Shown here: positions 1 through 12,792 of the stretch, in pieces
Position numbering within the stretch: position 1 is the first letter of the stretch
Layout of the letters: every line of letters begins with the position of its first letter
Assembly: GCA_964270895.1 (NCBI GenBank)
Contig: OZ185440.1
DNA: 64,000 bases
Source: Podarcis filfolensis
Taxonomy: Eukaryota
Reading direction: 5' to 3' (one strand)
Notes under the pieces: model-generated
What the model saw: only the letters and a program-made list of their open reading frames with translations
Database searches by the model: none
What the model was told of the DNA's origin: nothing
Made by a program: the position numbers and the translations under genes

Positions 1-2610
1 ACAAAAACCCAGCAGAATTTTTGACTTCAGCTAAAGTAGGATCAGATGGAAATTGTTATGCGTTGAAGGAATTTGGCAACCAAATGAAATAGCACAGCTA
101 TTTATATATCTTACATGATGTCTTTTCATAGAGATTTTATGTAATTTGACGAGTTTGACTTATTTGTGCTCATACATTTAAGTGGAATGACATGAACGAA
201 TTGGCATTTAATAGGCATATTCCAATAATTTCCTCATTACATCATTCGTTTAAAAAGTGCTTTAGATTTTTGGGTTGTGGCTTGAGGGAAATAGAGGCAA
301 CGAGCATACTTTGTGATGTGGTTAACTACAGCTTTTCTGTGTCACATTCAAAGCAAAATTGTAACTGAATGTTATGTTTGGAACACAGTTGATTCCTTTA
401 TTAACTGTTATACTTCTACATTTTATTCCACATAAAACATTTAACAGTGATCATTTAAACCGACAGGGTGTTTGGGAAATTCTTCATTGGAAATTAGCTG
501 CCACAGATTTGATTTAAATCTGACAAACTGAAGGAATGCTGAAATCGTTTGGGGTGCGGGGGGATGTCAACTCTGCCGCTGCCGCTGCCAGGACTTCGCT
601 TAACACAAATAGAAATGTTACTTTATGAAACTTACAAAAATAAAAGAGATGGGGGGTGGAGAAAGACCAATTTTATACAGTTCCATGGAATGGTTCATAT
701 TTGAGCCCCTTAAGAGTTTGGAAATCCTTTTAAAAGCTCCATGTTTAGATTGCAGTACTAAACCACATGTGGTTGTTAATTGCACTATCGTTATGGGATT
801 TGAACCTTGTTTTAAGCTCCTGCTGTTACTCTGTGTTAGATCTTGAAAGACACTTTGGCATGAAGGACCGACAAATCTGTAAGAGCTTAAGAACAAAATG
901 CTTTTAAAAACCCACAACAATATAAATGTTTCCCCTTCTTTGCCTGAAAATAACAAGAGTAATCTAACAGTGGAATGATGAGTAACATGAAGAATATCTA
1001 TGACATATTTGACAGAATGTCCAAATTGAAATATCAGCCGGGTAACTGTTTGGTTACGAGTGAGGAGGGAATGACAGTGGGAGACTTCACTCTGAAGTGC
1101 AGCAACACTGTAATCTAAGTAATTATTTTGTCATTACTTGAGCATTCAGCAAGCCAAGTTGAATGATACTCATCACAGTATGCTACTTTTATCTGGAATG
1201 GAAATGCAGTTGAACTAGTGTTTCTGATTAAATCGGCTGTATTGTCAGTCACTCCGCAGAGCTGCCTGCAAACTAAGGTACTGCAACTCTAGCCATTTTC
1301 TCTAGAATTAACATTTTGATCCCCTTAGCACCTGCTAACAAAAGTAGGGAGGCAATTTTAATGGGTCCCTCCTGTGCCACTTCCCATGCTGCCCTCAAGG
1401 GTACACACACCCAGCAGATTTGTGGGGGTGCAAAAGGGAGAGAAGGTATTAGTGAGAATCTCCTCCTTTATTAGGAGAGACCTTAATTTGATCACAAGGC
1501 CTTCCATGATTGGATCAAACACATATGGTCCAACAGTTACTGTAGAGAATCATAGTTGTTGTATTCCAGTGTTTTCCCTGTTGCTATCTAGCAGACTGGC
1601 AAAGGACCTGGTGCAGAGGAATTGTTTGCACTGAATGCTGTGATTGCCATGCTGCCATCACCTCTCTTGAAATACGGAGCCCTTTCAAAACAAATTCTGC
1701 AGTTCAGTTATTTGGGAGAGGAAGCATGAGCTAAAATTACTCCCCCCCCCCATCAAACAGAAAAAAACCCCTGTATGGATGTCATGCTTTTATTTGAACC
1801 CTTGACAGATCATATACCTTTCCTATAAGATGTGGAGATCATGGGAAGAGAAACAAACTGCTTAGAGAATGCTATTTTGAGCAGGGAAAACATGACAAGG
1901 AGGATGGGTTAAGCAACCCCCTATACCGCCACCATTTCTCCACTTAAATTTACCACTTCCCAAAATGGTTTTTCGTATTGCTGGGGAAACATACATTCAG
2001 CAATATGTCATGCCTAATTTGGAGAGAAACATGGGGAAAGAGAGATGACATGTCATCATTTCTGGAAGATGTCTCTACCGGGCAGGCTGGAAAATGTTCA
2101 GCTTTTCCCTTAGCAATGCATACAAAGTGCTCATTGGAGCTGAACGGATTGCTCAGTGGAATCCAAGTGTCTCATTGATTCACTGCCCATCTCTAAAGTA
2201 TACAGTCATCTTAGAAGGTGTGTGCAGAGGACTTCATAGTTCATAAATATAGAAATGAGGATAACTCTCAACATCAATAAGGTACTGTCCTTGAAGTCTC
2301 AGAGTGAGATAGCTGATCAGCCTGGCATAAGAGCTCTTTGAATCTCTCAGCCAGACACTCCCTGCCCAATGCCAAAGAGGATATACCTAATTTTATCAAG
2401 GCAGCTTTCATTCCGACTCCCTGTCATGTGTGATTGGAAATACCTCCGACAACAAGCCTAGAAAATAAACTCCACAATACTGCTAAAATTAAAAGTTTAA
2501 AGATTGATGTCAAACTACAATAGACAGTACCACCATGAAACAAAATTTCATAAATGAAACCAAATGCATATTTCTAATACTAAAAATGCCTGTACAATAT
2601 CTATTTGCAG

Positions 2611-2778
2611 GTTATCAAGGCAGCTTTCATTCTATACAGAACTGTTTCCACTATGAGGACTGTTACCGAGCAATGGACTCATCTGTCAACAGTGATGCGC
2701 TGTCAGGGGACTCCCATTGCTTTAACCCTCTGCGACAAAATGGCTATCACATCCTCAGTGCACCTATAGCTTCAACAG
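2611..2778 (+). CDS. GLIS1: GLIS1 penultimate coding exon (168 nt, phase 1-1): GYQGSFHSIQNCFHYEDCYRAMDSSVNSDALSGDSHCFNPLRQNGYHILSAPIAST
   Basis: Acceptor tttgcag|GT ends at 2610 and donor ACAG|gtaact starts at 2779. The peptide matches the GLIS1 C-terminal region (human GYQGSFHSIQSCF...FNPLRPNGYH, from memory). Phase joins cleanly to the exon at 7877. Confidence 0.93.
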
Positions 2779-4317
2779 GTAACTGATCTGGGCTGTACTG
2801 GATTAATCTTGCTCAATAATTTATTATAGGGGGAAAGCAAACATCTTTTTTATATTTTATAAATAAGGAAAGTGGGATGCTGCTTTTTTGTATGTATTAA
2901 GGTCCCCTAATTCTCTTCTTTCAGAGACTGAATTATCTGACGCTGCACAGCAAGAATTCAATCTCTGAGTCAGGTGTTGCATGAAATGTGTAGCTCTTAT
3001 CCATCCCCATGTCTCACAGTATTATCTAGTTGAATCAGACACATGGCACAACAACACTGTATTAACATCACATGCCTGTTTCAGTTAAACATTACTTGAA
3101 GGCATGCAGAAGAATTGTCGGCTGGCAGTGACTACATGTTTCATGTAATGCCTAGATCTAGTTCTACAGCTTGATCAGCTAACATTGCAGCTAAAGGTTT
3201 CTGTTTCATAGATATACAAAATATTTGTAGATTTATCATATCCTTTAATACTGAGACAACTGTTTTTATTTCTGTATTTAAGTTCACAAAATTGTAGCAT
3301 GGTTGTGGAAATTTTGAGTTTATAAAATGTTACCCAAATATTAGAAAAAGGTATTAAATTCCTATTGGCTTTTTAAAAGGTTATTTTCATAATTTCAAAT
3401 TTCTTATACACATGCAGTCTTTGAGGTGCCAGCCAATAATTTTTAATGCAATTTAAAAAAAATAAAATAACCAAAGATGTAAAAACGAAGCTGTAAAATA
3501 TACATAACTTTAGCAAACTCCTGCTGGCATGCTTAAATCTCCCCCCCCAAGATTCTCTTCATTTGCTTGCCCTTTTCTGAAACTTTTCCAACTCTACAGT
3601 ATCCCTTTTGAAATGAGGTGACCAGAACTGTATGCTGTATTCCAAATGCAGTTGCACAATAGATTCATATAATGACATTATGATATTGGCAGTTTTATTT
3701 TGAATTCCTTTCCTAATGATCCCAACATGGAATTTGCCTTCTTCAAAGCTAATGGAATCCTGGGTTTGATAGGTTCATTGAGTTATTCCCTATGACTCCA
3801 AGGTCTCATTCCTGGTCAGGCATTGTGAGTTCAGACTCCATGAATGCATATGTAAAATTATTGATTTTTTTGTCCTAACATGCATTGCTTTACACTTGTA
3901 ATATTGAATTTCATTTGCCATTTTAATGCCCCATTCACTCAATTTGGAGAGGTTGTTTTGGAGCTTCACACAATCCCTTTTTGTTTTCATGCCTCTGAAC
4001 AATTTAGTATCATTAGCAGACTTGGCTGCCTCACTGCTCACCCCAACTCTAGATCATTTCTGAAGAAGTTAAAAAGCACAATCCTTGGGGGATTCCACTT
4101 TCTACATCACTCTATCTGGAGAACTGTCCATTTATTCCTACTCTCTGCTTCCTGTTATGTAACCAGTTCCTAGAGTCTTTGGAAAGGTACTTTGCTGAAA
4201 GCTTTTGGAAAATCCAAATACATTATGTTAACCAGATGACCTCTATCTATAGGCTTGTTCAAAACAAAAAATTTTTTTCCTTCCAGTAGCACCTTAAAGA
4301 CCAACTAAGTTAGTTCT

Positions 4318-4358
4318 TGGTATGAGCTTTCGTGTGCATGCACACTTCTTCAGATACC
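4318..4358 (-). ncRNA. Mirror-image minimal hammerhead ribozyme motif on the minus strand
   Basis: Reverse complement of the left arm: GGUAU-CUGAAGA-A-GUGUGCAUGCACAC-GAAAGCUC-AUACC, with a 5-bp stem I. Confidence 0.65.
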
Positions 4359-4400
4359 TGGTATCTGAAGAAGTGTGCATGCACACGAAAGCTCATACCA
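4359..4400 (+). ncRNA. Minimal type I hammerhead ribozyme motif (Penelope-associated)
   Basis: Stem I UGGUAU (4359-64) pairs with AUACCA (4395-4400); core CUGAAGA at 4365-71; stem II GUGUGC/GCACAC; GAAA at 4387-90; palindromic AGCU stem III; UC cleavage site after 4394. Confidence 0.7.
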
Positions 4401-5357
4401 AGAACTAACTTAGTTGGTCTTTAAGGTGCTACTGGAAGGAAAAAATTTTTTTGTTTTGACTATGGCAGACCAACACGGCTACCTATCTGTAACTGGAACT
4501 ATAGGCTTGTTGACACTCTTGAAGAACTCCAGTAGGGTAATGAAATAGACCTTACCCTTGCATAAGTCATCCTGTTTCTGCTACAGCAAGACTTGTTCTT
4601 CTATATGGTTTGTAATATTATCTTTAACAATACTTCCCATCATTTTTCTGGGGCAGACGTTAAGTTAACCCACCTGTAAATTCCAGGACTGCCTCCCCCC
4701 ATCCCCAGATCCCTTTTTTAAAAAATGTGTTGTATTGAGGCCATTTTCCAGTCCTCAAATATGGAAGCTAATCTTACATATATTACATAGGATATAAGCA
4801 AAACAGTCATTTCACAGAAGGTAATTTGCCTCAGATTCAGACTTGTTTATCATCATATGCAGTTACCTTGTTCCAACTAGCACAAGTTAAAATCTAGTAA
4901 AAAGTTAAGGATGGATTTTTTAACCTACAGTTGACATTTTTGTATGTTGTTTCATGTTCTCTGCCTTTTTGGAAGTCGCTTTTTTGATGTTTTTTAAAAC
5001 ATCCTCTATTCAGGTTAACATCAGATTGCAGATTAGGATTAGTATGGAGCAGACTAAATAAACTTTTCAAAAGAAGTCACCGGAGCAAAGAATAATATCA
5101 TGGCAAGAAACCAAATTCAACAGCCATTGATATTTTTATGTCTGGCGTCTAAACTGCTATGAGATATTTCACTTTGGTACTTTTTATATTTAGGCAAATA
5201 CTTAAGAGTCTTAAACACAAAAACAAACAACCCTGCAATTCATAGATAATTTGTTGGACAAATAGACCATTTGTACTCACTGGGTCTTAGTTTAGTGTTT
5301 CTTTTTCTTGGTTTTATGGTACCATCAATATAAGGGAGATCTCATCTACTAAAAATG

Positions 5358-5403
5358 CCTGGTATGACCAATCCTATTAACCTGGTATGACCAATCCTAT
5401 TAA
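5358..5403. repeat. Perfect 23-bp tandem duplication (CCTGGTATGACCAATCCTATTAA x2)
   Basis: Read directly from the sequence. Confidence 0.95.
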
Positions 5404-5968
5404 CAGAGAATAAATTCTTTATCTTAGTATTTTGGATGTTTTGTGCTATCTGGGTTGTTACAATGGCATCTGGGTTGTCATAGCTTACTACTGTCCATTC
5501 TACCACTGTGGGTGAAACAAAACCTAATAAGTGCACATAGGTGCATTTGCTATCATTTATCCTTGTTATCCTTTCTTGCCAACCTTCCTTTGCTGTTTTC
5601 CCACTGTTGAAATTTGGATTGTAAACTCCTGGGTTGACTGGGTGGTGGTGGTTATGTTTTATTTTGTCACTTACGGCAATCTGCAAAGTTCCATGCACAT
5701 TGATAGTGTTATATAGAAATATTAAAAAATAATTATGTACCAAGAGCTGAAATAAAATAAATTCAAGAATGCAACCCAGAGCAGATCTGAGTTCCATGCT
5801 TATTCAGATTCTATTGATCATTTGAATGAAAGAAGCTGCCACACAGACCAAGACAGGAGTATATGGGATTTGGTTCCAAATTTATTTCAGCAGAGCGTTG
5901 CAGACTGAGCTGTAGCACAGAGGATAAACAAGTTCCTTGTGCAATGGGTCCCACTTGCCGTTTTCTGG

Positions 5969-6120
5969 GGCTATGTACACACTATACCTTTAAAGTATGT
6001 TATTTCCATCTATTAATTTTGGGTGCTGTAGTTTGTTAAGGGTTGCTGGGGATTGTAGCCCAGTGCCCAGAATCCTTTGAGCAAAAGAATGTGTTTTAAA
6101 GGTATAGTGTATACACAGCC
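5969..6120. mobile_element. Small MITE with terminal inverted repeats (possibly PIF/Harbinger-like); related copies near 34890-35213 and 55120-55260
   Basis: GGCTATGTACACACTATACCTTTAAA at the left end and a near-perfect reverse complement ending at 6120; the superfamily assignment is tentative. Confidence 0.6.
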
Positions 6121-7127
6121 TGGATGGTTGCTTATACACTCTTTTGAGCATGAGGCTCTCAAAAAATCCTGAAACTGGAGAATGAATTGGACATTGCGGG
6201 AAAGGGAGATAAGTTCCAGGTCTTCATACTTTCTCAATCTTTATCTTCATTGTCAGTCAAGTACCTTCCTTCCCGCTGCCCCCCATTCCTACAACTTTCC
6301 CTTTGAGCTCCTGTTAGCATAACAATTTAGAAGAAAGTGTGATAACTCTGAAATTTTGTCAGTTCTAAATAGTGGTATTGGAGCCAGAAGATTAAAAGTT
6401 GATAGTTTTGAGAGTATTGGCCCTTCTGCAGCATTCTTTAGCATAGCTGTTCACCCCTTTCCCCTTCCCAGCCACATTTTCATCAGCCAACTGCATTTGG
6501 TTTCCACAGGTGAAAAAGGACGAAGAGTGCTGTTAAGAGTTGGGTCTCTTACAAACAGGAATTTAAATGATAATAAGGAACAGATACTTGTTCTCCAAAA
6601 ATGTTTTATAGTTGATAAGCAGCGTCTCTAACGCTGCAGCGCTGTGAAGCTACAAAATGCACAAGGAAGAATTGCAAATGCAAACAGAATGTGTTTTTTT
6701 AAGTTTCTGCTGCAGCTGCTCACGTGGCTAGCTGGTTTTAAACTTAAAAGTGACTTGCCTGCATAGCTATACAAGTAGCTGCAAAGTTGAGCTTTGTGTG
6801 GTTGATAATTATCTTTTGCCAGGATGTTGCACAAATTATATCCACATATCTCTAAGTGATATTTTTAAAACTTAAACAACAAAGTCCTCCATCCATACAA
6901 CAGCCAAAGGTCCAGCCACTAGAATTTCATTTTAGAAACATATTTTGTGTATCCCCTGACCCAGGATAAATAAACAGTCACTCCCCACATTGTGTCTGTT
7001 TAACATCTTACTAGTAAGGCTATCAAGTCTTAATTGGAAATCATTGACAAAGCCATGCAGAGGAATTTTATGCTGTAACTTCAAAGCAGATCACGGTTAC
7101 TGAAAGTTTTATGACAATTTGTGAATA

Positions 7128-7353
7128 CAGTGGTACCTCGGGTTACATACGCTTCAGGTTACAGACTCCGCTAACCCAGAAATATTACCTCGGGTTAAGA
7201 ACTTTGCTTCAGGATGAGAACAGAAATCGTGCTCCAGCGGTGCGGCAGCAGCAGGAGGCCCCATTAGCTAAAGTGGTGCTTCAGGTTAAGAACAGTTTCA
7301 GGTTAAGAACAGACCACCAGAACGAATTAAGTACTTAACCCGAGGTACCACTG
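7128..7353 (+). mobile_element. Tc1/mariner (Tigger-like) MITE, 226 bp
   Basis: TIRs CAGTGGTACCTC...GAGGTACCACTG flanked by TA at 7126-7127 and 7354-7355; a second copy lies at 33586-33811. Confidence 0.9.
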
Positions 7354-7365
7354 TACTGTATTGAG

Positions 7366-7534
7366 CAGGAGTGCCAACCTGAATAAAATTGGGGGGGGGG
7401 GGGCAGGTAAGCCCACATAACTGAACACAAGACCTGACGCGCACACACCATTGAAACAGCAGTGCCCATTTGGGGGGCCTCAAATATTTTAGGGGGGGCA
7501 AAGGGTCCTCAGCCCCTGGGAGTTGGCTCCTATG
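7366..7534. mobile_element. hAT-type MITE, 169 bp
   Basis: 8-bp TSD GTATTGAG at 7358-7365 and 7535-7542; imperfect TIRs CAGGAGTGCCAAC / GTTGGCTCCTATG. Confidence 0.75.
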
Positions 7535-7876
7535 GTATTGAGTGAACAAAGCACAAACAGCTGCTGTGCAACAACAACATGTATCAGAAGCTGTGGAGTT
7601 ATGACTTAAGCTATGAGCTCAATTGCATATATTTTTCTCTGCAGGCACAAACGGGAGGTTTTGAGAGAACAAGTGGTAGGAAGGGAATGTGCTTGAGCAG
7701 CTCCTCTCCTCTTCCCATTCTCAAGCCTACCTGCTACTTTGCATTTAAAAAAATACACAATGAAAGGAAAATTAATCTTAGAACTGAGCATCACATTTAG
7801 TTTGTGCCTCGTACTCAGATTGTATTTGCCACCTTTCGTAGTATTAATCAGTCTCATGTGCTTGCCATATTTTCAG

Positions 7877-8016
7877 GTTATGAGGTCATTTCTGAAGCAC
7901 AATGTGTGTCGGAAGAAGTAGTTATCAACGGAACAGAAGAAAATAATGGATTTTTCCAAAATGGCACTTTTGATCACTGTTTGAATCACATTCCTCCCAT
8001 CTATACGGATACCTAA
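7877..8016 (+). CDS. GLIS1: GLIS1 last coding exon: (G)YEVISEAQCVSEEVVINGTEENNGFFQNGTFDHCLNHIPPIYTDT*
   Basis: Acceptor atattttcag| ends at 7876 and TAA is at 8014-8016. The C-terminus FF.NG.FDHCL.HIP.IYTDT is characteristic of GLIS1. Confidence 0.95.
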
Positions 8017-8533
8017 GCCCGGCTAAAATATTTGTTTTCTTTACCATGCTTATGCCTTTTGTATTTACAGAATTGTTGTTCAACTACCTTTACTGTATTT
8101 AGTCTGCAACTAAATGTATGTGCTCATTTAAGTCAATCTCTCACATTTTACCAATCTATTTTATAAAGGAATATACTGTACAATTATTGGAATCTATTCC
8201 TTTGCTGTGGCACTTTGAAATTGATTCTCTTAAGGGAGAAGGGAGAGCATCCGAAACTGCTTGTTGTGTAAGTTCTTTTAGTAAAATATAAATCTAAATT
8301 ATATAATATGCTTGTAAAGATTTTTTTTTTTGAAAAGTATGTTTTCAATTTAAGAATCCTGGTCTCTTTAATCACAGTTAATTCATCTGGTGTTTTCTTG
8401 ACTATAAAAGGACTTCTTTAAAAGTCACAGACCTCATGTACATAAAAGTTTTCACTATGCTGAGCTGGTTTTATATTTTCAATTTTACAAGAAAGCATTA
8501 AAAACTGGAAACAAGTCTACTGTCTTTTTTAAA

Positions 8534-8539
8534 AATAAA
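8534..8539 (+). terminator. Candidate GLIS1 polyadenylation signal AATAAA (alternatives at 9066 and 9171)
   Basis: Hexamer about 520 nt after the stop in AT-rich sequence; which signal is used cannot be determined from sequence alone. Confidence 0.3.
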
Positions 8540-10688
8540 ATTTCATCTGCCATTTTGCTAAACCTTAACATCAGTGACTTAAGAGCACATGCAGTTGTTT
8601 GCTGCAGTTTATATCTTCTTTCCCAAATGCTGTAATTGGTTATCTTCCACTAACTTCTCATAAAACTATTCTTCTTTCTGAATATGCTTTATGATACATT
8701 CCTGTGTTAGTATAACTTACCATTTTGATATGGTGCTGAAACTGACTAATTTTGTGTCAAGAAGCAGCTGCCCTGGTCTATAACCTTTGCAGTTACAGAA
8801 ACCAGTTTACCTTGGTTATTCACAGAGGAAAAGGGAATAACCATATACATGTATGCAACCTGGGGTGGGGCAGATGTAAGGGTTTTTAACACCATCCTCA
8901 GCAGCAGCAACTACATGTAGGAGGAGAAGTCTGTGCCTGGAAGTCTATTTATCCAAATGGACTTTTCCTTGCTAGATCATGACCTATGTTTAGCATTATA
9001 TTGGGTTGCCTTCTCTTTGGACAAGGAAAGTTTAAAACAGCCAAAGGTGAATGCATCATTCAAATAATAAATACTCAAAGTATGCAAATGCCTTTGTGCT
9101 TCTTGAACCAAGGCCATTATATTTCACCATCGGTTTTCTTTTTTTTTAAAGAAAGCAACAGCATATAAATAATAAAATCAGAAGATAGCCTCATCAACTG
9201 TAAACTTTCCATAGGCCATGCCCATATCTCCCTCTTGTGGCTAATTAATGCAAGCTATGAATACTTCTATATTTCTTTGAAAGAATACAATCCTATCCTC
9301 AGCAGTTAATCAAAAGTACCACAAAGTTGGGTGATTTTGCACAAGGAAGTGAAACTTAGAATTTCTGTGCATTAGACACAGCATTTCCCAATGCTACTGA
9401 TTGTTGGTGACATTCGTTGATTCTTATTATTCTTATTTGTATCTGTAAGCTGCCCTGAGTCACTTACATGGAAACAGGCAGGGTATATACATATTATTAT
9501 TATTTGATTATGAGAGCATGCAAGGCAACAACACACTGCTTGAAAGTTTTGAATATGAATAAATACCCTATCAAGCTAGTGCTATGTTTCCATGAAAGCA
9601 GACTTCAATGGCAGTAGTCCGGGATGGCCTCAAACTCACACCATCCCAGACCATTACCCATAGTGGTTGGGGGTTGATGGATGTTGGATTCGAACAACAT
9701 CAATGGGCACTATGTTTACCTGTGTTCTAGCCCAATGTACCAGCTGAGGCTGTGCGTACACCACTGAAATAGATGGGGCTTACAGGGTTCTCCTTGCTCA
9801 CTTTTTTTAACACTGACAAACTGGATGCAATTGTGAATATCTGACTAGAGGTATTGAAGCAGGATCAATATGTGCAGAGAAGACAGCACTGTATTTTTCT
9901 GGGTTATGCCAAGTAGATGCTACATTCTGTTTACAATCGTAATGTGGAAGGTTTGTAACAGCATCACTCTGATCTCCACCCAGTTCTGCCCAGCAATAAA
10001 ATTAAAATAGGCAAGAGACTATGTTATTTTTTCTAAATATACAAATGCATTTCTTTCCATGGCAATGTAATTTTCTTTATGGGGTTAAAAGAAAAACAGA
10101 TTTTGGAAGAGGCATTACGTCTCTGTGGTTGTCAGTTCAGGTTCATGAGCTTTTTGTACTAGCCAAAGGCCATGACAAACTTGTATTAAGCAATAGTATT
10201 AATAAAAGAATACAAAACATACATCCATAATATAAAAATCTGCAAAGCCTTTGCCAAGTTCCTGAGCATTAAAACACAGGTTCCCTGTGCCTCTCTGACA
10301 GCTCCAATTCTAATATTATTTTGCCTTTTAAAATCCAATTTGCCAACATCCATGATGTAAGAGAGAGAAGTTACCAGAGACACCAACAAACTCAAATCCA
10401 GCATATGCTGGGTGACAACAGCATCTGCCTCCCAGCCATTCCCAAGGAGGGCCTAAGCAGCCACTCCTATCTTCCTTGGCTGGTACTAGCAAAATTTGGT
10501 TGCTGCTGGCCTGGCCTAGCTGGCTGTCTTGCCTTGCTGCCTTCTCCCAACGTTATAGACAACACTATTTTGAAAGGCCTTTTACTCAGCAAGCATGCAA
10601 AAAGGCAGCCAGCCCAGGCCATGCAGTTCTGCCAGACACCATGTGGGTCACATGGTGTAAAATGGCAATAATTCTCCTGCATTATTGC

Positions 10689-10971
10689 CAGTGGTACCTT
10701 GGGATGCAAGGTACAGGGGTACCTTGGAATGCAAACAGGATCCGTTCCAGAGCCCCGTTCGCATCCTGAATAGAACGCAAGACGCAACGGCACATCTGTG
10801 TGTGTGTGTGGGTCGTGTTTTGCCGCTTCCACGCATGTGCATGACGTCATTTTGAGCGTCTGCACATGCGGCGAAACCCAGAAGTAATGCACTCTGTTAC
10901 ATCCGGGTTGCCGCGGAGCGCAACCCAGAAGCGCTAAACCTGAAGCACATTCAACCCGAGGTATGACTGTA
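10689..10971. mobile_element. Tigger-like MITE (10714-10969) with an extra duplicated left end (10689-10711)
   Basis: TA|CAGGGGTACCTTGG...GAGGTATGACTG|TA, preceded by CAGTGGTACCTTGGGATGCAA. Confidence 0.75.
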
Positions 10972-12537
10972 TTTCCTTGGGCAGGCAGCAGATGAGCATT
11001 AGGCAGAGTAGTGAGCTGACAGTTGTCAGATGCTAGAAGACAAAGCTGTATGTGTCATGCAACCTGATAAGTTAACCTGCTGCCCTCAGCTGGGGCACTG
11101 AAGTAAAAGTTAACTGTCAGTTCAGTTATGTTCTGTAAGTATCTGGAACAGGGAACTACTTTTGTCCTTCAACACAGACCAAAAATGTCTTGGGTCACCC
11201 CTACCCCCAGGCCTGTTAGCCCAGCACTGAAGCCCCAATACATGAGGGGGTCCATGGGAAGAGAAGGCCAGGTGTCTGTGTAGGCCCCACAAAAGCCTGA
11301 AGACAGCTCTGAGGGAGGACAGCTCTTGCAGAATGAAATGTGAGACTCTTTGCTTGTAAATGTAGTAAGGTTTCAAATGTGTTAAAAGCACATTTGGGTT
11401 TTCACAGATAAATTATTTTCTCTTACTGTAGAATTCTGTGAAATATTAAAATAACATTCAAATCTCAGTTGGGGATTGCATTAAGTATGAAATTAGGTTC
11501 AACAATAAACTATTTTCAGTTGCAGGATTTGTAGAATAAGAAAAACAATTATTGTTGTTATTTGGCATCTGTATAGCACTTTCAAGTGTTCAAGACCTTT
11601 CATGTGCGTTATGTAGTGGTAGTTCTTACAACGACCCTGTAAGCCTTATAGGGTAGGGTAGAGTAGAGTAGGGTAGGGTAGGGTAGGTCTTGCAAAGATG
11701 CTTAAGACCCCTTGATGTCAATAGGACTTTAAAATGTATAAATGCCTGTAGGATTTAGACCCTTATCTGTGGGAGATTTTAGTCTTATTCAGAAATTCCT
11801 CAGACAGATTCAGGGATCCTTGATTCCTCTCTATGCTTTTGTTATTATTTACAATTCTATAACATTGTATTCTACCCCTCCATCAACTTGTGCTGATCAC
11901 CAGCTTTGCTTTTGTTTAAAAAGGAATATATAACAATAATCTTGTAAGTACATTCAAACCAGATAGTAGATCTAGCTGTTGTTCATTAGAAGATTTTTTT
12001 TAAAAGTCCTTATGTTGTTTCAGTTTTGTAAGATCTGTTCAAACACCCTGTTTCAATTACTTGCTTTGTGATACATAATTCAATAAGCCAATGCAGTTGT
12101 CTTAACCTGATCCTTTAATCCAGCATTCCAGCTATGAGCCTCTAACAGATGTATGACAATCAACAGGTGAAGCTTTTTAGGGACAAATCACATATGATGT
12201 CTGGAGACCCATTATTTAATCTTCTGCATTTTTAAGCATGGTAAATGCAACTGTGGGTGGAATGGGGGCAAGTTTGATTCAGAACAGGGCCATAATATAA
12301 AGAGATTTTCTAGCCTTTCCACCCAATTTTTCCTGTCTGAATTAACCCTCCACCCCTGGAAATTGCCCCCTGGAGCAAATGGCAGATGGCGATGGGGATT
12401 CACACTGCAGCCTTCATTCAAATCAGCCCTGCCTGCTTCCACAGCTCAGATATCAAGATACTGTATCTAGCTTGGTTCTCAGTTTGAAAACTGCATTGAG
12501 AAAGCACAAGCTGAATTCATAGGGCCTCGGTTTACAG

Positions 12538-12792
12538 CGTGGGTAGGCAAACTAAGGCCCGGGGGCCGGATCTGGCCCAATCGCCTTCTAAATCCAGCCC
12601 GCACACAGTCTGGGAATCAGTGTGTTTCTATATGAGTAGAATGTGTGCTTTTATTTAAAATGCATCTCTGGGTTATTTGTGGGTCATAGGAATTCGTTCA
12701 TTTATTTATTTTTTCCAAAATATAGTCCGGCCCCCCACAAGGTTTGAAGGACAGTGGACTGGCCCCCTGCTGAAAAAGTTTGCTGACTCCTG
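12538..12792 (+). mobile_element. hAT-type non-autonomous element, 255 bp (copy 1)
   Basis: 8-bp TSD GTTTACAG at 12530-12537 and 12793-12800; ends CGTGGGTAGGCAAACT / AGTTTGCTGACTCCTG; similar along its length to copy 2. Confidence 0.9.

Larger units (their letters stand above)
4260..4498. mobile_element. Penelope-like element terminal-repeat insertion forming a 99-bp inverted repeat
   Basis: Arms 4260-4358 and 4360-4458 are reverse complements (98/99). A 13-bp direct repeat CTATAGGCTTGTT at 4247-4259 and 4499-4511 flanks the insert (TSD). The sequence ctgaagaagtgtgcatgcacacgaaagctcata...ggtgctactgg resembles squamate Penelope pseudo-LTRs. Confidence 0.85.
3555..4750 (-). mobile_element. Decayed CR1 LINE ORF2 (reverse transcriptase) fragment in the GLIS1 intron, interrupted by a Penelope insertion
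   Basis: Minus-strand translation gives AAKSANDTKLF...DCVKLQNNLSKLSEW (degenerate CR1 FADDTKL motif) and a GxPQGS-type region near 4080-4095; many stops and frameshifts. Confidence 0.85.

Noticed and set aside
1-2610. Further upstream GLIS1 exons
   Set aside because: No zinc-finger or proline-rich GLIS1-like peptide with splice sites was found; they probably lie before the window.
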